Assembly (NCBI RefSeq): GCF_009914755.1
Contig: NC_060930.1
Strand: one strand, 5' to 3'
Source of the DNA: the human T2T-CHM13v2.0 reference genome, Homo sapiens
DNA: 64,000 nucleotides
Shown here piece after piece: positions 61,339 to 64,000 of the stretch (positions are counted from its first letter, which is position 1; each line of letters starts with the position of its first letter). The position numbers and the translations under genes were made by a program. Under the pieces are notes generated by a model that worked only from the letters and a program-made list of their open reading frames with translations, made no database searches and was not told where the DNA came from.

Positions 61339-62095
61339 TATCTTACATACCTCCACCAGACTGGACTTGCTTTTTGAATTTTAAGCAAGTTTCCTTTCCT
61401 TTTATACAAATTGCAAATTTCATATTTTTTTAATCACATCCTAGGAATAGCACAATAATTGGGAAATAGAACCCTTATCACTAGAAGAACCATTTTCTGC
61501 CACTAAATATCTCTGATGTTTCCATGAGTCTGAGGGCAGAGACTCTGGTATATGAAAACATGTCTGAAAGTCACATATTGTGAAAATTTGAAGCTATCTC
61601 AGTAAAAAGCAGCTTTGGAAACTGTGAATGATCTTTAGCTTGTACAAATGTTTAAAAATACCTCAGGCTATACTGAAAGGGTTGCAGTTTGGTTAGGAGT
61701 GGAAATATTTTGTTTGTTAATGATGTCTTCAGTTCTGGTACCTCTGTTTTACTTTCTTATGCTCTTTGGAAACTTTTTGCAAAATTTAAGCCTGGGTTCT
61801 AGATAATACCAGATCTACCTAAACCTCAAGTCTATGTTAAAGTTGCTTTCCTGCTGTTAAATAAGCTATGATATTAAGATATTCTGACTTGCTCCAGTGT
61901 CAAGGGACCTTCTGGGAGCAGGTGCTAACATAGTGTTCAGAATCAATATGTGAGATGAAAAGGATCCCCTCCAGGAGGATCCTGAGCTGTTCAGAAATCA
62001 TTTAAGTTTACAGCGTTGTTCCCTTTGCGTTTGCAGTGCGTTTTACTCAAGTAGCCAGAAACACCCCACGTTTCTGAATTTGTTTAAACTGTAAC

Positions 62096-62106
62096 AATAA
62101 AGTAAA
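62096..62106 (+). terminator. Proximal polyadenylation signal (AATAAA overlapping AGTAAA)
   Basis: ctgtaacAATAAAgtaaaatag: first canonical hexamer after the stop, with UGUA just upstream and U/GU-rich sequence downstream (gattgtaac...ttttctgacttctggatttgttgg). Confidence 0.7.
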
Positions 62107-62921
62107 ATAGAATGCATGAAAGATATTCTGGCGATTGTAACTTAGAATTTTTCTGACTTCTGGATTTGTTGGCACTAGAACCTGATATTTAAAGTCTTAC
62201 TGAGCAGCTATCAAGTGGCAGTTACAGGCACAAATTGGTGGAGGCTGGAGGATGGGGAGGGGAGCAAAACCCTTTATATTTGTGAAGAAAATATCTGTAG
62301 CTGATAGAAATAATTGCTTAAATTGGTTTATGAAATTAATGAGTCTGAAAAGGTTAAAAGCACTTATAAAAAGAACCAAGTCCTACATTTCCAGAACTTT
62401 CTGGCAAAAATTTGCACTCATATTATTTATCCTATGAACATTCCCATTGTTTTTTTTTGCTATTTATATACAGATTATCATAAGAAAGCTCTCAGTTTGA
62501 GGACCCAAAATAAAACCAAAGTCATGCCATGACCCATACTCATTTACAAAAACAAGAACACTTTCCTCTATCCCTAAAATTATGCTTTAGTACTTGAGGC
62601 CTTTAAAAGTTAGTGCTTTTGATTGTGAAGACATTCAGCAACTTACTTTGTCATACATGCAGTTGCACCTTACCACTTCTAATAGTGTCATATTTCATAT
62701 TCAGGGGACTTAGATAATTTGCCTGTGGATGGTTCTTTTGTAGGAAAAAAAATCTACATTTTGACCATACTACCCTTTCATGTCCTTATTATAAGCTTTT
62801 AGAAAATGATTTCATTCAGTCATGTCCAGTTATATAAAACGTTACTTTCTCATTTTTGAGAAGTTCAACAAAACATACTACTAAGACCAATCATCAAACC
62901 CACTATTATAAATGTTAATTT

Positions 62922-63366
<445 letters not shown>

Positions 63367-63926
63367 AATGTTAAATTTTGTTTTAAGTTTTAGCACAGAC
63401 TCCCCTCAAAACACCTTCTCCCCAATTTTACAGAAAGTAATTCAAAAATGAAAACTTTACTCTGTAAAGACCTCTACAGTGTTTTTCTTTTCAAAATTTG
63501 GCTGATTTTAGGAAAAAAGTGATCATCTGAAACTAAAAGAAATTGCTTGGTTAGTTTCCATATTAAAACAGCAGTGACAAGTATATATAACTTAGATCTC
63601 AGCATATGTGTTTGTATATTAAACTTCACATATGTAGTTTTCAGTTTAATGGAATGAATCAAACTGGATCTATAACACTGAAAAAGTTCTATTGTAATAG
63701 ACTCATACGGAGAATACTCTGCTATAATAATATAAAATTAAGAAGAAAAAGTATAAACGTAAGATGCTAAATTCCATAAATGCATATTTAGTACTATGTT
63801 TTTTGTGGGAAAAGTTCTAAAAGTTTAAAATGCACAAAGAAAATGAAAAATACTAATATAAAAATTTGTGCTTTAATCTAGTCAAACTAAATCCTTTCTA
63901 ATTTCTGAATGAAGTGTTACTGCTGC

Positions 63927-63932
63927 AATAAA
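63927..63932 (+). terminator. Candidate distal polyadenylation signal
   Basis: gcAATAAAgtg followed about 20 nt later by ttttttgtgttc, a U/GU-rich downstream element. Confidence 0.45.
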
Positions 63933-64000
63933 GTGACCTGATAAGCCTAAATTTTTTGTGTTCAATCCAGACACTTTTCTGAGAGTCTGAAAAGAATACA

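Overview
Human/hominid genomic DNA holding the 3' part of SLC16A10 (MCT10/TAT1, an MFS aromatic amino acid and thyroid hormone uniporter) on the + strand. Coding exons 2-6 lie at 11810-11954, 16328-16781, 45695-45838, 57917-58145 and 61106-61338 (stop), followed by the 3' UTR; exon 1 is upstream of the window. All junctions are GT-AG and the phases join (1205 coding nt, ending ...KKESDSII*). The rest is intron, dense in repeats: about 45 Alu/FLAM copies, an LTR-less ERV1-type internal sequence with a tRNA-Pro PBS, a complete THE1 element interrupted by an L1PA, an MST solo LTR, MER1A, MER2, Tigger3a, and old L1, L2 and MIR fragments. I see no second gene, no CRISPR array and no foreign DNA. 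The most interesting signals are in the splicing architecture. (i) The exon 4/5 and exon 2/3 junctions each rebuild a 5' splice site after splicing. (ii) Using either site gives a translatable product: an alternative frame of exon 6 open for 92 codons, or an in-frame 153-codon deletion. (iii) Intron 3 has an early stop plus AATAAA and a 32-nt poison-like microexon, and exon 4 begins with ATG, so the gene could be expressed as two half-transporters. These are sequence-based hypotheses, not demonstrated biology. Repeat subfamily names and boundaries are by eye and approximate.
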